From contig JAIPHU010000001.1 of NCBI GenBank assembly GCA_021735045.1, positions 4,529 to 68,528 of the forward strand: 64,000 bases of DNA, given 5' to 3'. The position numbers and the translations under genes are program-made. Shown in pieces: positions 39,411 to 48,233 of the stretch (the stretch's first letter is position 1; each line of letters starts with the position of its first letter). This DNA is from Candidatus Omnitrophota bacterium (lineage in GTDB: Bacteria > Omnitrophota > Gorgyraeia > Duberdicusellales > 4484-171). The notes below the pieces were generated by a model. The model had not been told where the DNA came from and did not search any database. It was given only the letters and a program-made list of their open reading frames with translations.

Positions 39411-39565
39411 ACAGCCCCAAACCAGAGTCGCCTTTGGCGACACGATTTAGGGCTGCCGTGAACCGTATTTATTCTGGTTTATGGCAGATGCACACAGATA
39501 AAATTACCGATAAACACAGATAAAATATCTGTGTGAATCTACTATAGATCTGTGTTTATCTGCGT
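39411..39565 (+). ncRNA. Structured intergenic element, family 2, copy B, between rpsJ and rplC, plus a 3' array of CACAGATAAA motifs in both orientations
   Basis: Identical 15-mer ACAGCCCCAAACCAG and ordered GGCTG / AACCGTA / TTCTGGTT / GGCAGAT / ACACAGATAAA blocks as at 15216. Internal hairpin GTCGCC-TTT-GGCGAC. Downstream palindrome ACACAGAT-AAAAT-ATCTGTGT. Confidence 0.4.
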
Positions 39566-39584
39566 GTAGGTTTTAGGAAAAAAA

Positions 39585-40433
39585 ATGATTAAAGAAATTT
39601 TTGGAAAAAAAATTGGAATGACTCAAATATTTAGCCCCGAGGGTGAGCTTTTGCCTGTCACCTTGGTTGAGATTGAGCCAGCTTGTATTTTAGAAAAAGT
39701 AAGCTACCCCAATAAAGAAAGGGCTAAAATTGGTTGTTTTAAGATCAAGGACACAAAAATTCCAAAAGTGAAAAAGCCTCAAAAAGGTTATTTTGAAAAA
39801 ATTGGGGTACCTCCTTATAAACTTGTTAGGGAAGTGGAAATAGAAGAAAAACCTAAAAGCACTGAAGCTAAAGCAGAGAAGAAAGAGGTTCATCAACCTG
39901 AAAACAGTAACGGCGAAGAAAAAAAAGGCCAGAGCCAAAAAGAAAGCTTACAAGAAAATAAAGATGATTCTAGAAAAGAGCAAGATACAACGGTAAAAAA
40001 AGAGCCGGGGGAAGGAGAGGCAAAAGAAGTTAAAAAAGAAGAAAAAAGTCCAGATAAAGGCCAAGCAGAAAATGATAAGAAAGTTTCATCTCGTTATGTG
40101 GGAATTGAAATTTTTAGCCAAGGCCAACTAGTAACTGTGCGGTCAAAAACTAAAGGTAAAGGATTTGCTGGTGCAATCAAACGTCATAATATGCAAAGAC
40201 AGCCTAGTTCGCATGGTTCTGGAATGCATCGCAGAGTAGGTTCTGTAGGTGCTTCTGCCACTCCTTCGAAAATTGCAAAAAATAAGAAGATGCCAGGTCA
40301 TCTTGGTTCAAACTATAGAGTTACTAAAAATTTAAAAATTTTAAAAGTAGATAAAGAAAGAAAAGTTATTTTTGTAAGAGGAAGTATTGGCGGCAGCAAT
40401 GGTGCTGTTGTTAGAGTAACTAAACAAAATTAA
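39585..40433 (+). CDS. rplC: 50S ribosomal protein L3 with a K/E-rich internal insertion of about 75 aa
   Basis: N-terminus IFGKKIGMTQIF and C-terminus KGKGFAGAIKRHN..GS.G are L3. Between them sits a low-complexity EKK/KEE insertion (282 aa total vs about 210 typical). Confidence 0.85.
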   Translation: MIKEIFGKKIGMTQIFSPEGELLPVTLVEIEPACILEKVSYPNKERAKIGCFKIKDTKIPKVKKPQKGYFEKIGVPPYKLVREVEIEEKPKSTEAKAEKKEVHQPENSNGEEKKGQSQKESLQENKDDSRKEQDTTVKKEPGEGEAKEVKKEEKSPDKGQAENDKKVSSRYVGIEIFSQGQLVTVRSKTKGKGFAGAIKRHNMQRQPSSHGSGMHRRVGSVGASATPSKIAKNKKMPGHLGSNYRVTKNLKILKVDKERKVIFVRGSIGGSNGAVVRVTKQN

Positions 40434-40441
40434 TAAATGCC

Positions 40442-41119
40442 ATGGAAGCAAAAAAAACAAAAAAAAGTAAAACCGATTTAGCTGATTTAACCCTAAAGGT
40501 TATAGATACAACGGGTAAATCCAAAGATAACATTTCTTTAGATAAGACTGTGTTTGATGGTAAAGTTTCCTTGGCTTTGTTGCAACAGGCAGTTAACACT
40601 TATTTATCTAATAAAAGAAGAGGGTTGGCTGTTGCTAAAACAAAAGGTGAAAAGAGAGGCGGTGGCAAAAAACCGTGGCGGCAAAAAGGTACAGGTAGAG
40701 CTAGAGTAGGTTCTATTCGGTCTCCTCTCTGGAAGGGAGGGGGAGTTACATTTGGGCCAAGACGCAGGTCTTACTATAAGAAATTTCCGGCTCGGATGAA
40801 AGCCCAAGCGCTAAAAAGTGCCCTTAATGCGAAGTTAAAAGATAAACAAATAGTTGTAGTTGATAAGCTAAACTTGGAGTCTTCTAAAACAAAAGAGTTT
40901 AATCAAATAGTTTCTAATTTGGGTATTAATAATAAAAAAACTTGTTTTATCATAGCTAACTTTGATCAAAATCTAAAGAAAGCTTCAGCTAATATTAAAA
41001 AAGTTATATTAGGCAAAGCAAGTGATATAAGCGCTTTAGGTGTTTTAGACTGTAAAAGTTTAGTTATAACAAAGGATTCTTTAGATATCATCCAAAAGAG
41101 GTTAAAGAAATGGCTCTAA
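40442..41119 (+). CDS. rplD: 50S ribosomal protein L4
   Basis: KPWRQKGTGRARVGSIRSPLWKGGGVTFGP is the L4 signature. Confidence 0.9.
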   Translation: MEAKKTKKSKTDLADLTLKVIDTTGKSKDNISLDKTVFDGKVSLALLQQAVNTYLSNKRRGLAVAKTKGEKRGGGKKPWRQKGTGRARVGSIRSPLWKGGGVTFGPRRRSYYKKFPARMKAQALKSALNAKLKDKQIVVVDKLNLESSKTKEFNQIVSNLGINNKKTCFIIANFDQNLKKASANIKKVILGKASDISALGVLDCKSLVITKDSLDIIQKRLKKWL

Positions 41120-41397
41120 GTTCACTATATTCTGTAGTTAAGATGCCGCTGGTTACTGAAAAGTCTAATCGGGATATTGCTTTAGGTAAATACAGTTTTA
41201 ATGTAGATAAGAGCGCTAATAAAATTCAAATACGCAAAGCTATAGAAAAAATTTATAAAGTAAAAGTTAAAAAAGTTTCAACTGAAATCGTCAAAGGAAA
41301 ACCAAAAAAGATAAGATGGGACCAGCCAGGTAAAACATCAGCTTGGAAAAAAGCGGTTGTAACCTTAAAGAAAGGATACGAAATAAAAATAAGTTAA
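41110..41397 (+). CDS. rplW: 50S ribosomal protein L23
   Basis: 95 aa, L23 fold (PLVTEKS...YSFNVDKSANKIQIRKAIEKIYKVKV). Confidence 0.9.
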   Translation: MALSSLYSVVKMPLVTEKSNRDIALGKYSFNVDKSANKIQIRKAIEKIYKVKVKKVSTEIVKGKPKKIRWDQPGKTSAWKKAVVTLKKGYEIKIS

Positions 41398-41406
41398 GGA
41401 AAAATT

Positions 41407-42261
41407 ATGGGAATTAAAAAATACAAACCAACATCACCAGGGCTAAGAACAAGAAAAACTTCTGATTTTTCAGAAGTTACAAAAAATAAACCGGAAAAGA
41501 CACTGACTAAATCTTTACGGCGTAGCGGAGGAAGAAATAACCAAGGTAAAATTACTATGCGTAGAAGAGGCGGTGGATCTAAGCGTAAATATAGGGTTGT
41601 TGATTTTAAACGAGATAAGTTTGACAAAGAGGCTGAAGTTTTAGCTATAGAATATGATCCTAATCGGAATGCTCGTCTAGCTTTAGTTAAATATCCAGAT
41701 GAAGAAAAAAGATATATTATTTGGCCAGCTAAACTAAAGGTTAAAGATAAAATAATAAGTGCTTCAGAATCAAGAACTAGTATAAAACCAGGTAATAGTA
41801 TGAAGTTAAAATATGTTCCTATGGGCACACTAATTCATAATATCGAGCTTAATCCAGGCCGAGGTGCAGTGTTGGTTAGAAGTGCCGGAAGTTGGGCTCA
41901 ACTTATGGCCAAAGAAAAGGGTATGGCTCAAATCAGGCTTGCTTCCGGTGAAGTTCGGCTGGTAAAAGAGCAGTGCAGGGCTACCGTTGGCCAAGTTGGT
42001 TTAGGCGAGTATTCTTCATTTAGTAAGGGTAAGGCTGGAAAAAATCGTTGGGCAGGGAAAAGGCCTAAGGTAAGAGGTGTGGCGATGAATCCTGTAGATC
42101 ATCCACACGGTGGCGGTGAAGGAAAAGCTGGGCAAGGCAATCCCCATCCAGTCAGTCCTTGGGGGCAGCCTGCTAAAGGTGGTAAGACACGGAGAAAAAA
42201 ACGGAGTGACAAATATATTATTAAAAAAAGAACTAAAGGCGGGAGAAGATCTAGAAAATGA
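41407..42261 (+). CDS. rplB: 50S ribosomal protein L2
   Basis: 284 aa; [16 protein letters not shown] and [13 protein letters not shown] are L2 signatures. Confidence 0.95.
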   Translation: MGIKKYKPTSPGLRTRKTSDFSEVTKNKPEKTLTKSLRRSGGRNNQGKITMRRRGGGSKRKYRVVDFKRDKFDKEAEVLAIEYDPNRNARLALVKYPDEEKRYIIWPAKLKVKDKIISASESRTSIKPGNSMKLKYVPMGTLIHNIELNPGRGAVLVRSAGSWAQLMAKEKGMAQIRLASGEVRLVKEQCRATVGQVGLGEYSSFSKGKAGKNRWAGKRPKVRGVAMNPVDHPHGGGEGKAGQGNPHPVSPWGQPAKGGKTRRKKRSDKYIIKKRTKGGRRSRK

Positions 42262-42545
42262 GTCGTTCATTAAAAAAAGGCCCATATGTTTTAGCGAAGT
42301 TGCTAAAAAAAGTAGAACGTGCTAAAAGTTCAGGAGATAGAAAAGCGATTAAGACTTGGTCGCGTGGTTCAATGGTTATTCCTGAATTTGTTGGCTTGAC
42401 TTTTGCTGTACATGATGGTAAAAAACATGTTCCTGTTTTTGTTACAGAAAGTATGGTAGGACATCGTTTAGGAGAATTTGTACCAACTAGAAAATTTAAA
42501 GAACATGGCGGAATAAAAGCTAAGAAATCAATTCTAAAAAAATAA
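42258..42545 (+). CDS. rpsS: 30S ribosomal protein S19
   Basis: [11 protein letters not shown]...[27 protein letters not shown]. Confidence 0.95.
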   Translation: MSRSLKKGPYVLAKLLKKVERAKSSGDRKAIKTWSRGSMVIPEFVGLTFAVHDGKKHVPVFVTESMVGHRLGEFVPTRKFKEHGGIKAKKSILKK

Positions 42546-42553
42546 AATTTATT

Positions 42554-42922
42554 ATGATAACTAAATCAGAAGCAAAATATATTAGAATTTCTCCGACTAA
42601 AGTAAGGCCGGTAATAAAACTGGTTAAAGGTAGTAATGCAAAAGAAGCTGTGGAAAAGTTGGAATTTGTCAAAAAGAAGGCTGCAAAATATTTGCAGAAA
42701 TTAATTAAAACAGCTATAGCAGATGCCAAGAATAAAGGTTATGATCAAGATTCGTTATTTATCTCTAGGCTTGTGGCTAATCAAGGACCGGCTTTAAAAC
42801 GATATAGAGCTGAATCATTTGGAAGGGCCGCAGTTATTAGAAGAAGAATGAGTCATTTGATAGTAGAGTTAGATTCCAATAAAAAAATAATGCAGGAGAT
42901 AAAAAAGACAGGAAATAATTAG
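42554..42922 (+). CDS. rplV: 50S ribosomal protein L22
   Basis: 122 aa; the KYIRISPTKVRPVIKLVKG L22 N-terminus. Confidence 0.9.
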   Translation: MITKSEAKYIRISPTKVRPVIKLVKGSNAKEAVEKLEFVKKKAAKYLQKLIKTAIADAKNKGYDQDSLFISRLVANQGPALKRYRAESFGRAAVIRRRMSHLIVELDSNKKIMQEIKKTGNN

Positions 42923-42961
42923 GATTTAGAATTTAAACGTAATTTAAAAGGAAGTAAAGAA

Positions 42962-43636
42962 ATGGGACAAAAAGTTCACCCTTATGTTTTAAGAATTGGT
43001 TTTGGCAAGAGCTGGCTATCAAGATGGTTTTCTCCTAAAAAGGGTGAGTACGCTGATTTCTTGGAAGAAGATTTAGCCATTCGCCAAAAGATTAAAAAAA
43101 GTTATAGTTTAGGTTCAATTGCAACTATTGATATTGAGAGGGTCTCTTCTGGGGGAATAAGAATAAAGGTAAGAACTTCCCGGCCGGGAGTAATAATTGG
43201 AAGACGTGGTCAAGATATTGAAAGAGTGAAGAAAGATCTATCAGAGATGACTGGTAAAGAAATAATCATTGACGTTGAAGAGGTGTCCGATCAAGCTTTA
43301 GAAGGACAACTGGTGGCTGAGTTAATTGCTTTTCAGTTAATAAAAAGAGTAAAGTTTAGAAGAGCGATGAAAAAGGCTCTTCAGCAAGCACAGTCTTCTT
43401 TAGGAGAAGGAATAAAAGTTCAATGTTCAGGCCGTTTGGGGGGAGTTGAGTTAGCTCGGTCTGAAAGTTATAAATATGGTAAAATTCCCCTTCATACTTT
43501 TAGAACAGATATTGATTATGGTTTTGCAGTTGCTAAAACTACCTATGGTACTATTGGAGTAAAAGTATGGGTGTATAAAGGTCAAAAGCAGCTGGGAGAT
43601 TATTTAGTTAAACCAGAAAAAGAGAAAAAGAGATAA
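42962..43636 (+). CDS. rpsC: 30S ribosomal protein S3
   Basis: [19 protein letters not shown] and a KH domain. Confidence 0.95.
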   Translation: MGQKVHPYVLRIGFGKSWLSRWFSPKKGEYADFLEEDLAIRQKIKKSYSLGSIATIDIERVSSGGIRIKVRTSRPGVIIGRRGQDIERVKKDLSEMTGKEIIIDVEEVSDQALEGQLVAELIAFQLIKRVKFRRAMKKALQQAQSSLGEGIKVQCSGRLGGVELARSESYKYGKIPLHTFRTDIDYGFAVAKTTYGTIGVKVWVYKGQKQLGDYLVKPEKEKKR

Positions 43637-43637
43637 T

Positions 43638-44048
43638 ATGCTTATTCCGAAAAGAGTAAAATACAGGAAAGCGCAAAGAGGAAAACGACGCGGGTTAGCT
43701 GTAGCTGGTTCAAGAGTTTCTTTTGGTGAGTATGGGATAAAAGCTCTTGAGTCTGGTTGGCTTAAAAACACCCAGATTGAAACAACTCGAGTAGTTCTTA
43801 CGCGTCGTCTGCGTAGGGGCGGAAAACTTTGGATACGAGTTTTTCCCGATAAACCAATTACAAAAAAACCAGCTGAGTCTCGGCAAGGAAAAGGTAAAGG
43901 AGATGTTGAAAGCTGGGTCCGCGTAGTAAGAAGAGGCAATGTAATTTTTGAAATTGGAGGAGTACCTGAAGATTATGCTAGAGAATCTTTTAGGTTAGTT
44001 GCATATAAATTACCCTTTAAGACTATGTTTGTTACCAGGAAAGGTTAA
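43638..44048 (+). CDS. rplP: 50S ribosomal protein L16
   Basis: [19 protein letters not shown] is the L16 N-terminus. Confidence 0.95.
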   Translation: MLIPKRVKYRKAQRGKRRGLAVAGSRVSFGEYGIKALESGWLKNTQIETTRVVLTRRLRRGGKLWIRVFPDKPITKKPAESRQGKGKGDVESWVRVVRRGNVIFEIGGVPEDYARESFRLVAYKLPFKTMFVTRKG

Positions 44049-44055
44049 GATAATT

Positions 44056-44265
44056 ATGGCGGATATAAATAATTTACGATCACTTTCAGAAAAAGAGTTA
44101 AAGGAAAAGCTGCTCGATAACGAAAAAAAACTTATGGAGTTACAGTTTAAGAGAAGAAGTGGCCTAGATAAACCGCATCAATTTAAAAATATAAAAAAAG
44201 AGATAGCTCAAATGCATACTTTAATGAATGAAAAAAGGAGACAAGGTGGCGAAAAAACTAGGTAA
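44056..44265 (+). CDS. rpmC: 50S ribosomal protein L29
   Basis: MADINNLRSLSEKELKEKLLDNEKKLMELQFK is L29. Start taken at ATG 44056; the ORF-track start at 43999 overlaps rplP and is unlikely. Confidence 0.8.
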   Translation: MADINNLRSLSEKELKEKLLDNEKKLMELQFKRRSGLDKPHQFKNIKKEIAQMHTLMNEKRRQGGEKTR

Positions 44266-44491
44266 AATACTAGAGGGCGTTGTAATATCGGATAAAATGG
44301 ACAAAACTGCTGTGGTTTTAGTCAAGAGAAGGCTGCCCCACAGTAGTTATAATAAACTGATTATGACTAAGAAAAAATATAAAGCTCATGATAAAGATAA
44401 TAAAGTTAAAGTTGGCGATAAAGTAAAAATTATTGGCTGTCGGCCATTCTCTAAAGATAAAAGATTTAGGATTTATGAGGTTCTAAAATGA
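44228..44491 (+). CDS. rpsQ: 30S ribosomal protein S17
   Basis: GVVISDKMDKTAVVLVKRR is the S17 signature. An alternative GTG start at about 44246 with an AGGAGA RBS is equally plausible. Confidence 0.85.
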   Translation: MKKGDKVAKKLGKILEGVVISDKMDKTAVVLVKRRLPHSSYNKLIMTKKKYKAHDKDNKVKVGDKVKIIGCRPFSKDKRFRIYEVLK

Positions 44492-44853
44492 TAACTTTAA
44501 GATCAAAGTTGGATGTAGCAGATAATAGTGGTGCGAGGAAAGTTTCTTTTATAGGAGTTTTAGGGCGTAAAGGGAAAAAACATGCGATAGTGGGAGATGT
44601 TATCACTGGAAGCGTGAAAGAAGCTATCCCTAATTCTCCGATAAAAAAAGGGGAAGTAGTTAGAGCTGTAGTGGTTAGGACTCATTTTCCGGTAAAAAGA
44701 AAAGATGGTTTGGTAGTTAAATTTGATCGTAATGCTTGTGTAGTTATTGATAAACAAAACAATCCTAGAGCTACTCGTGTTTTTGGGCCAGTAGTAAGGG
44801 AGCTGCGGAGTAAATTTAGTAAGATTTTATCTTTAGCTCCGGAAGCAATATAA
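44488..44853 (+). CDS. rplN: 50S ribosomal protein L14
   Basis: LDVADNSGARKV..., 121 aa. Confidence 0.95.
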   Translation: MITLRSKLDVADNSGARKVSFIGVLGRKGKKHAIVGDVITGSVKEAIPNSPIKKGEVVRAVVVRTHFPVKRKDGLVVKFDRNACVVIDKQNNPRATRVFGPVVRELRSKFSKILSLAPEAI

Positions 44854-44864
44854 AGGATAAAAAA

Positions 44865-45179
44865 ATGAGTTTAAGAATTAAAAAAGGCGATAAAGTAATA
44901 GTTACCTCTGGTAAAAGCAAAGGTAAAAAAGGAAGGGTTTTAAGGTTTTTTCCCGATGAGAATAAAGTAGTAGTTGAAGGAGCGAACTTAGTTAAAAAGC
45001 ATAAAAAAAAGAAGTCTGAGTCAGAACCGGGCGGATTTCAAGAAGTTCCTCTACCACTTCATCTTTCATCGGTGCAGTTGTTTTGCTCGAATTGCAACAG
45101 AGGAGTAAAAACTAAAATAGAAATAGCTAAAGATAAAACTAAAACAAGAGTTTGTAAAAAATGTCAGAAAACAGTTTAA
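44865..45179 (+). CDS. rplX: 50S ribosomal protein L24 (C-terminus carries CxxC...CxxC)
   Basis: IKKGDKVIVTSGKSKGKKGRVL KOW domain. The C-terminus FCSNC...VCKKCQ is zinc-ribbon-like. Confidence 0.85.
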   Translation: MSLRIKKGDKVIVTSGKSKGKKGRVLRFFPDENKVVVEGANLVKKHKKKKSESEPGGFQEVPLPLHLSSVQLFCSNCNRGVKTKIEIAKDKTKTRVCKKCQKTV

Positions 45180-45736
45180 AAAATTATATTCCCAGATTAC
45201 TTAAGGTGTATAGAGAAGAGATTGTACCGGAGCTAAAGAAAAAACAAAATCATGCCAATCTTTATTCTGTGCCACGTTTAGTTAAAATTGTAGTAAATAT
45301 GGGAGTTGGAGAAGCTACAGCTGATTCTAAGCTGATTGAAAGTGTTTCTGAGCAGTTAGGCACAATTACTGGTCAGAAGCCTAAAATTTGTCGAGCTCGC
45401 AAAGCTATATCTAACTTTAAACTTAGGCAAGGAGTAGCAATAGGTTGTTGTGTAACTTTGCGTAAAGCTATGATGTATGATTTTTTTGATCGTCTGATTA
45501 CTGTAGCTATCCCGCGAATTCGTGATTTCAGAGGACTTTCACCTAATTCCTTTGATGGATCTGGAAACTATAACTTCGGGTTAGTAGAACAGGGAATATT
45601 TCCAGAGATAAATTTAGATAAGATAACTAGGACCCAGGGGATGAACATTTCGATACATACAACAGCTAGCTCTGACAATGAAGCTAGAGAACTATTAGAA
45701 GCTTTTGGGTTTCCTTTTAGGAGGAGAAATGGCTAA
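45161..45736 (+). CDS. rplE: 50S ribosomal protein L5
   Basis: 191 aa with the [16 protein letters not shown]5 motif. Confidence 0.9.
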   Translation: MSENSLKNYIPRLLKVYREEIVPELKKKQNHANLYSVPRLVKIVVNMGVGEATADSKLIESVSEQLGTITGQKPKICRARKAISNFKLRQGVAIGCCVTLRKAMMYDFFDRLITVAIPRIRDFRGLSPNSFDGSGNYNFGLVEQGIFPEINLDKITRTQGMNISIHTTASSDNEARELLEAFGFPFRRRNG

Positions 45737-45923
45737 AAAATCAAAAGTCCAAAAATGGTTAAGGGATAAAGAAAATCCTAAGTTTTCTACTCGTTACAGG
45801 AATAGATGCAGACGATGTGGAAGGCCTCGGGGTTATATTAGAGATTTTGAGCTTTGCCGAATTTGTTTTCGAGAATTAGCTTGGCAGGGGTTAATTCCAG
45901 GAGTTAAAAAAGCAAGCTGGTAA
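45729..45923 (+). CDS. rpsN: 30S ribosomal protein S14, type Z (zinc-binding, 64 aa)
   Basis: [35 protein letters not shown] has a CxxC...CxxC motif. GAGGAG RBS; start at 45729 rather than the ORF-track 45705. Confidence 0.85.
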   Translation: MAKKSKVQKWLRDKENPKFSTRYRNRCRRCGRPRGYIRDFELCRICFRELAWQGLIPGVKKASW

Positions 45924-45966
45924 AACACAGATACACACAGATGAGATATAGATATACACAGATAGA
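45924..45966 (+). repeat. ACACAGATA motif array (3 direct copies) between rpsN and rpsH, related to the 3' part of the family-2 elements
   Basis: AAACACAGATACACACAGATGAGATATAGATATACACAGATAG. The same 9-mer recurs at 15336-46 and 39491-39562. Confidence 0.4.
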
Positions 45967-45990
45967 AAAAATATAAAAAAAGGAAGGACG

Positions 45991-46386
45991 ATGAGTAGAA
46001 CTGATTTAATCGCAGATGCATTTACAATAATAAGGAACGCTACCAGGGCTAATAAAGAAGAAGCTTTTATACCTTACTCTAATAGTTTATCTAAGATATG
46101 CGAGATATTAAAAGATAATGAATATATTGCTAACTTTAAAGAAGCAGAAACTAAAAGTTTTAAACAAATAAAAGTGTATCTTAGCTATGATGGGAAGAAA
46201 AGTTCAATAACTCAAATCAAAAGAGTTTCTCGGCCATCGCGACGTATTTACAAGAAAAAAGATGATAATCTTTCAGTCTTAGGGGGGTATGGGTTGGCGA
46301 TAATTTCTACATCTAGCGGAATAATTACTGGTATTCAAGCTAAAACAAAAGGTTTAGGCGGAGAACTAATCGGGATGGTTTGGTAA
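45991..46386 (+). CDS. rpsH: 30S ribosomal protein S8
   Basis: MSRTDLIADAFTIIRNA is the S8 N-terminus, 131 aa. Confidence 0.9.
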   Translation: MSRTDLIADAFTIIRNATRANKEEAFIPYSNSLSKICEILKDNEYIANFKEAETKSFKQIKVYLSYDGKKSSITQIKRVSRPSRRIYKKKDDNLSVLGGYGLAIISTSSGIITGIQAKTKGLGGELIGMVW

Positions 46387-46400
46387 TATAAGGATAAAAA

Positions 46401-46940
46401 ATGTCAAGAATAGGAAAACAAAAAATTACTATTGCAAAAGAAGTAAAAGCTGAAGTTAAAGGTCAAAATATTGTTGTTAAGGGGCCAAAGGGAAGTTTGA
46501 GTTTTGATTTTAATTGTCTTATTGAACTAAAAATCGAAGATAATCTTATCTCAGTAGAAAGAAAAAACAACACAAAGGAAGCTAAAAGTTTACATGGAAC
46601 TACAAGGGCGATTATTGCAAATATGGTCAAAGGGGTAGTTGAGGGGTATAAAAAAGAACTGGAAATTATTGGTGTTGGTTATAAAGCTCAAATGAAAGGT
46701 AAGAATCTTGATTTAAATATAGGTTTTTCTCATCCGATTGAATTTTCTGTACCAGAAGGATTAAAGGTTTCAACACCATCTAATACCCGAATAGCAATTG
46801 AGGGAATAGATAAACAACAGGTAGGTCAGTTTGCAGCTAAAGTACGGAGAGTATATCCTCCGGAACCTTATAAGGGTAAAGGAATTAGATATTTAGGCGA
46901 AGAAGTTCGAAAGAAAATCGGAAAAGCATTAGCTAAATAA
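46401..46940 (+). CDS. rplF: 50S ribosomal protein L6
   Basis: MSRIGKQKITIAKEVKAEV, two L6 domains, 179 aa. Confidence 0.9.
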   Translation: MSRIGKQKITIAKEVKAEVKGQNIVVKGPKGSLSFDFNCLIELKIEDNLISVERKNNTKEAKSLHGTTRAIIANMVKGVVEGYKKELEIIGVGYKAQMKGKNLDLNIGFSHPIEFSVPEGLKVSTPSNTRIAIEGIDKQQVGQFAAKVRRVYPPEPYKGKGIRYLGEEVRKKIGKALAK

Positions 46941-46958
46941 GGATAAAGAATAAGAGAG

Positions 46959-47312
46959 ATGAAAAAACAAGCTAGAGCATACAGGCATAAGAGAATATTA
47001 AAAAAGATTCAGGGTACTGCTCAAAGGCCACGTCTTGTGGTTTTCCGGAGTCGTAAGCATATTTATACCCAGTTGGTAGACGATAAAAGCCAAAAGGTTA
47101 TTGCCGGTGTATCTACTTTATCTGCAGAGTTTAAGAAAAATAATAGCAAAACAGCAAATAAAGAAGCTGCTAAAGAAGTCGGGAAACTTATTGCCCAATT
47201 AGCAAAGTCTAAGAAGGTAAATACAGTTTGTTTTGACCGCGGCGGATATAAGTTTCACGGCCGAATAAAGAATTTAGCAGATGGTGCAAGGCAAGGAGGG
47301 TTGAAGTTTTAA
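46959..47312 (+). CDS. rplR: 50S ribosomal protein L18
   Basis: [19 protein letters not shown] is the L18 signature. Confidence 0.9.
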   Translation: MKKQARAYRHKRILKKIQGTAQRPRLVVFRSRKHIYTQLVDDKSQKVIAGVSTLSAEFKKNNSKTANKEAAKEVGKLIAQLAKSKKVNTVCFDRGGYKFHGRIKNLADGARQGGLKF

Positions 47313-47776
47313 TGCAGAAAAAAACAGTGAAAAACAAAAAAGAAGAAAAAGCTTTTATCGAGAAAGTTTTATTTATTAATCGAACTACTAAAGTAACAAA
47401 GGGTGGTAAAAATCTTTCCTTTTCTGCTTTGGTTGTCGTGGGAGACGGTATAGATAGGGCTGGTTATGCAGTGGGAAAGGCTAATGAAGTTGCTAGTGCA
47501 ATTCGAAAAGGGATAAATAAGGCTAAAAAAGAGACAGTTAAGGTAAAACAGAAAGGGACAACTATTCCTCATGAAATTATTGGCAAGTTTGGTTCGATGC
47601 GGATACTTTTTAAATCTGCTTCTCGTGGTACAGGGGTTATTGCTTGTGGTCCGATTCGAGCTGTTTGTGAGTGTGCGGGGATAAAAGATATTTTAACAAA
47701 AAATATTGGTAATTCTACAAATCCGGTTAATGTAGTCAAGGCTACTTTTGAAGCCTTTAGGAACCTAAAAGGTTGA
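47312..47776 (+). CDS. rpsE: 30S ribosomal protein S5
   Basis: [25 protein letters not shown] (dsRBD plus the S5 C-terminal domain). Followed directly by rplO, with no rpmD in between. Confidence 0.9.
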   Translation: MQKKTVKNKKEEKAFIEKVLFINRTTKVTKGGKNLSFSALVVVGDGIDRAGYAVGKANEVASAIRKGINKAKKETVKVKQKGTTIPHEIIGKFGSMRILFKSASRGTGVIACGPIRAVCECAGIKDILTKNIGNSTNPVNVVKATFEAFRNLKG

Positions 47777-47777
47777 T

Positions 47778-48233
47778 ATGGATTTATCAGATATAAAAAT
47801 AGTAACTAAAAATAAAAAAGCAAAACGGCGTGGCAGGGGAACTGGTTCTGGTTTGGGAAAGACTTCTGGACGAGGCCATAAAGGTGCTGGGCAAAGAAAA
47901 GGAAAAAAAACTCCTTATATTGGTTTTTCTGGAGGAAATATCCCTTTTTTCCGGCAACTCCCCAAAAGAGGCTTTACTGCTAGAAATGCAAAAAAATATC
48001 AAATAGTAAATTTAGTTACCATTGACCAAAGAGCCAAAGGTAATACTGAGTTGAACCCGGAAATAATGGAGAAACTTAATTTAATTAAAGATAAAAATAA
48101 ATTAGTTAAGGTTTTAGCTAATAAAGGCGATAAGTTTAGTTTAAAGATAACTATTAAGGCGGATAAGATTTCTAAGAAAGCAAAAGAAATTATTGAATCA
48201 AACGGAGGGGTTTTTGAGTGTTTAAAGCGGTAG
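47778..48233 (+). CDS. rplO: 50S ribosomal protein L15
   Basis: RRGRGTGSGLGKTSGRGHKG is the L15 signature. Confidence 0.9.
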   Translation: MDLSDIKIVTKNKKAKRRGRGTGSGLGKTSGRGHKGAGQRKGKKTPYIGFSGGNIPFFRQLPKRGFTARNAKKYQIVNLVTIDQRAKGNTELNPEIMEKLNLIKDKNKLVKVLANKGDKFSLKITIKADKISKKAKEIIESNGGVFECLKR

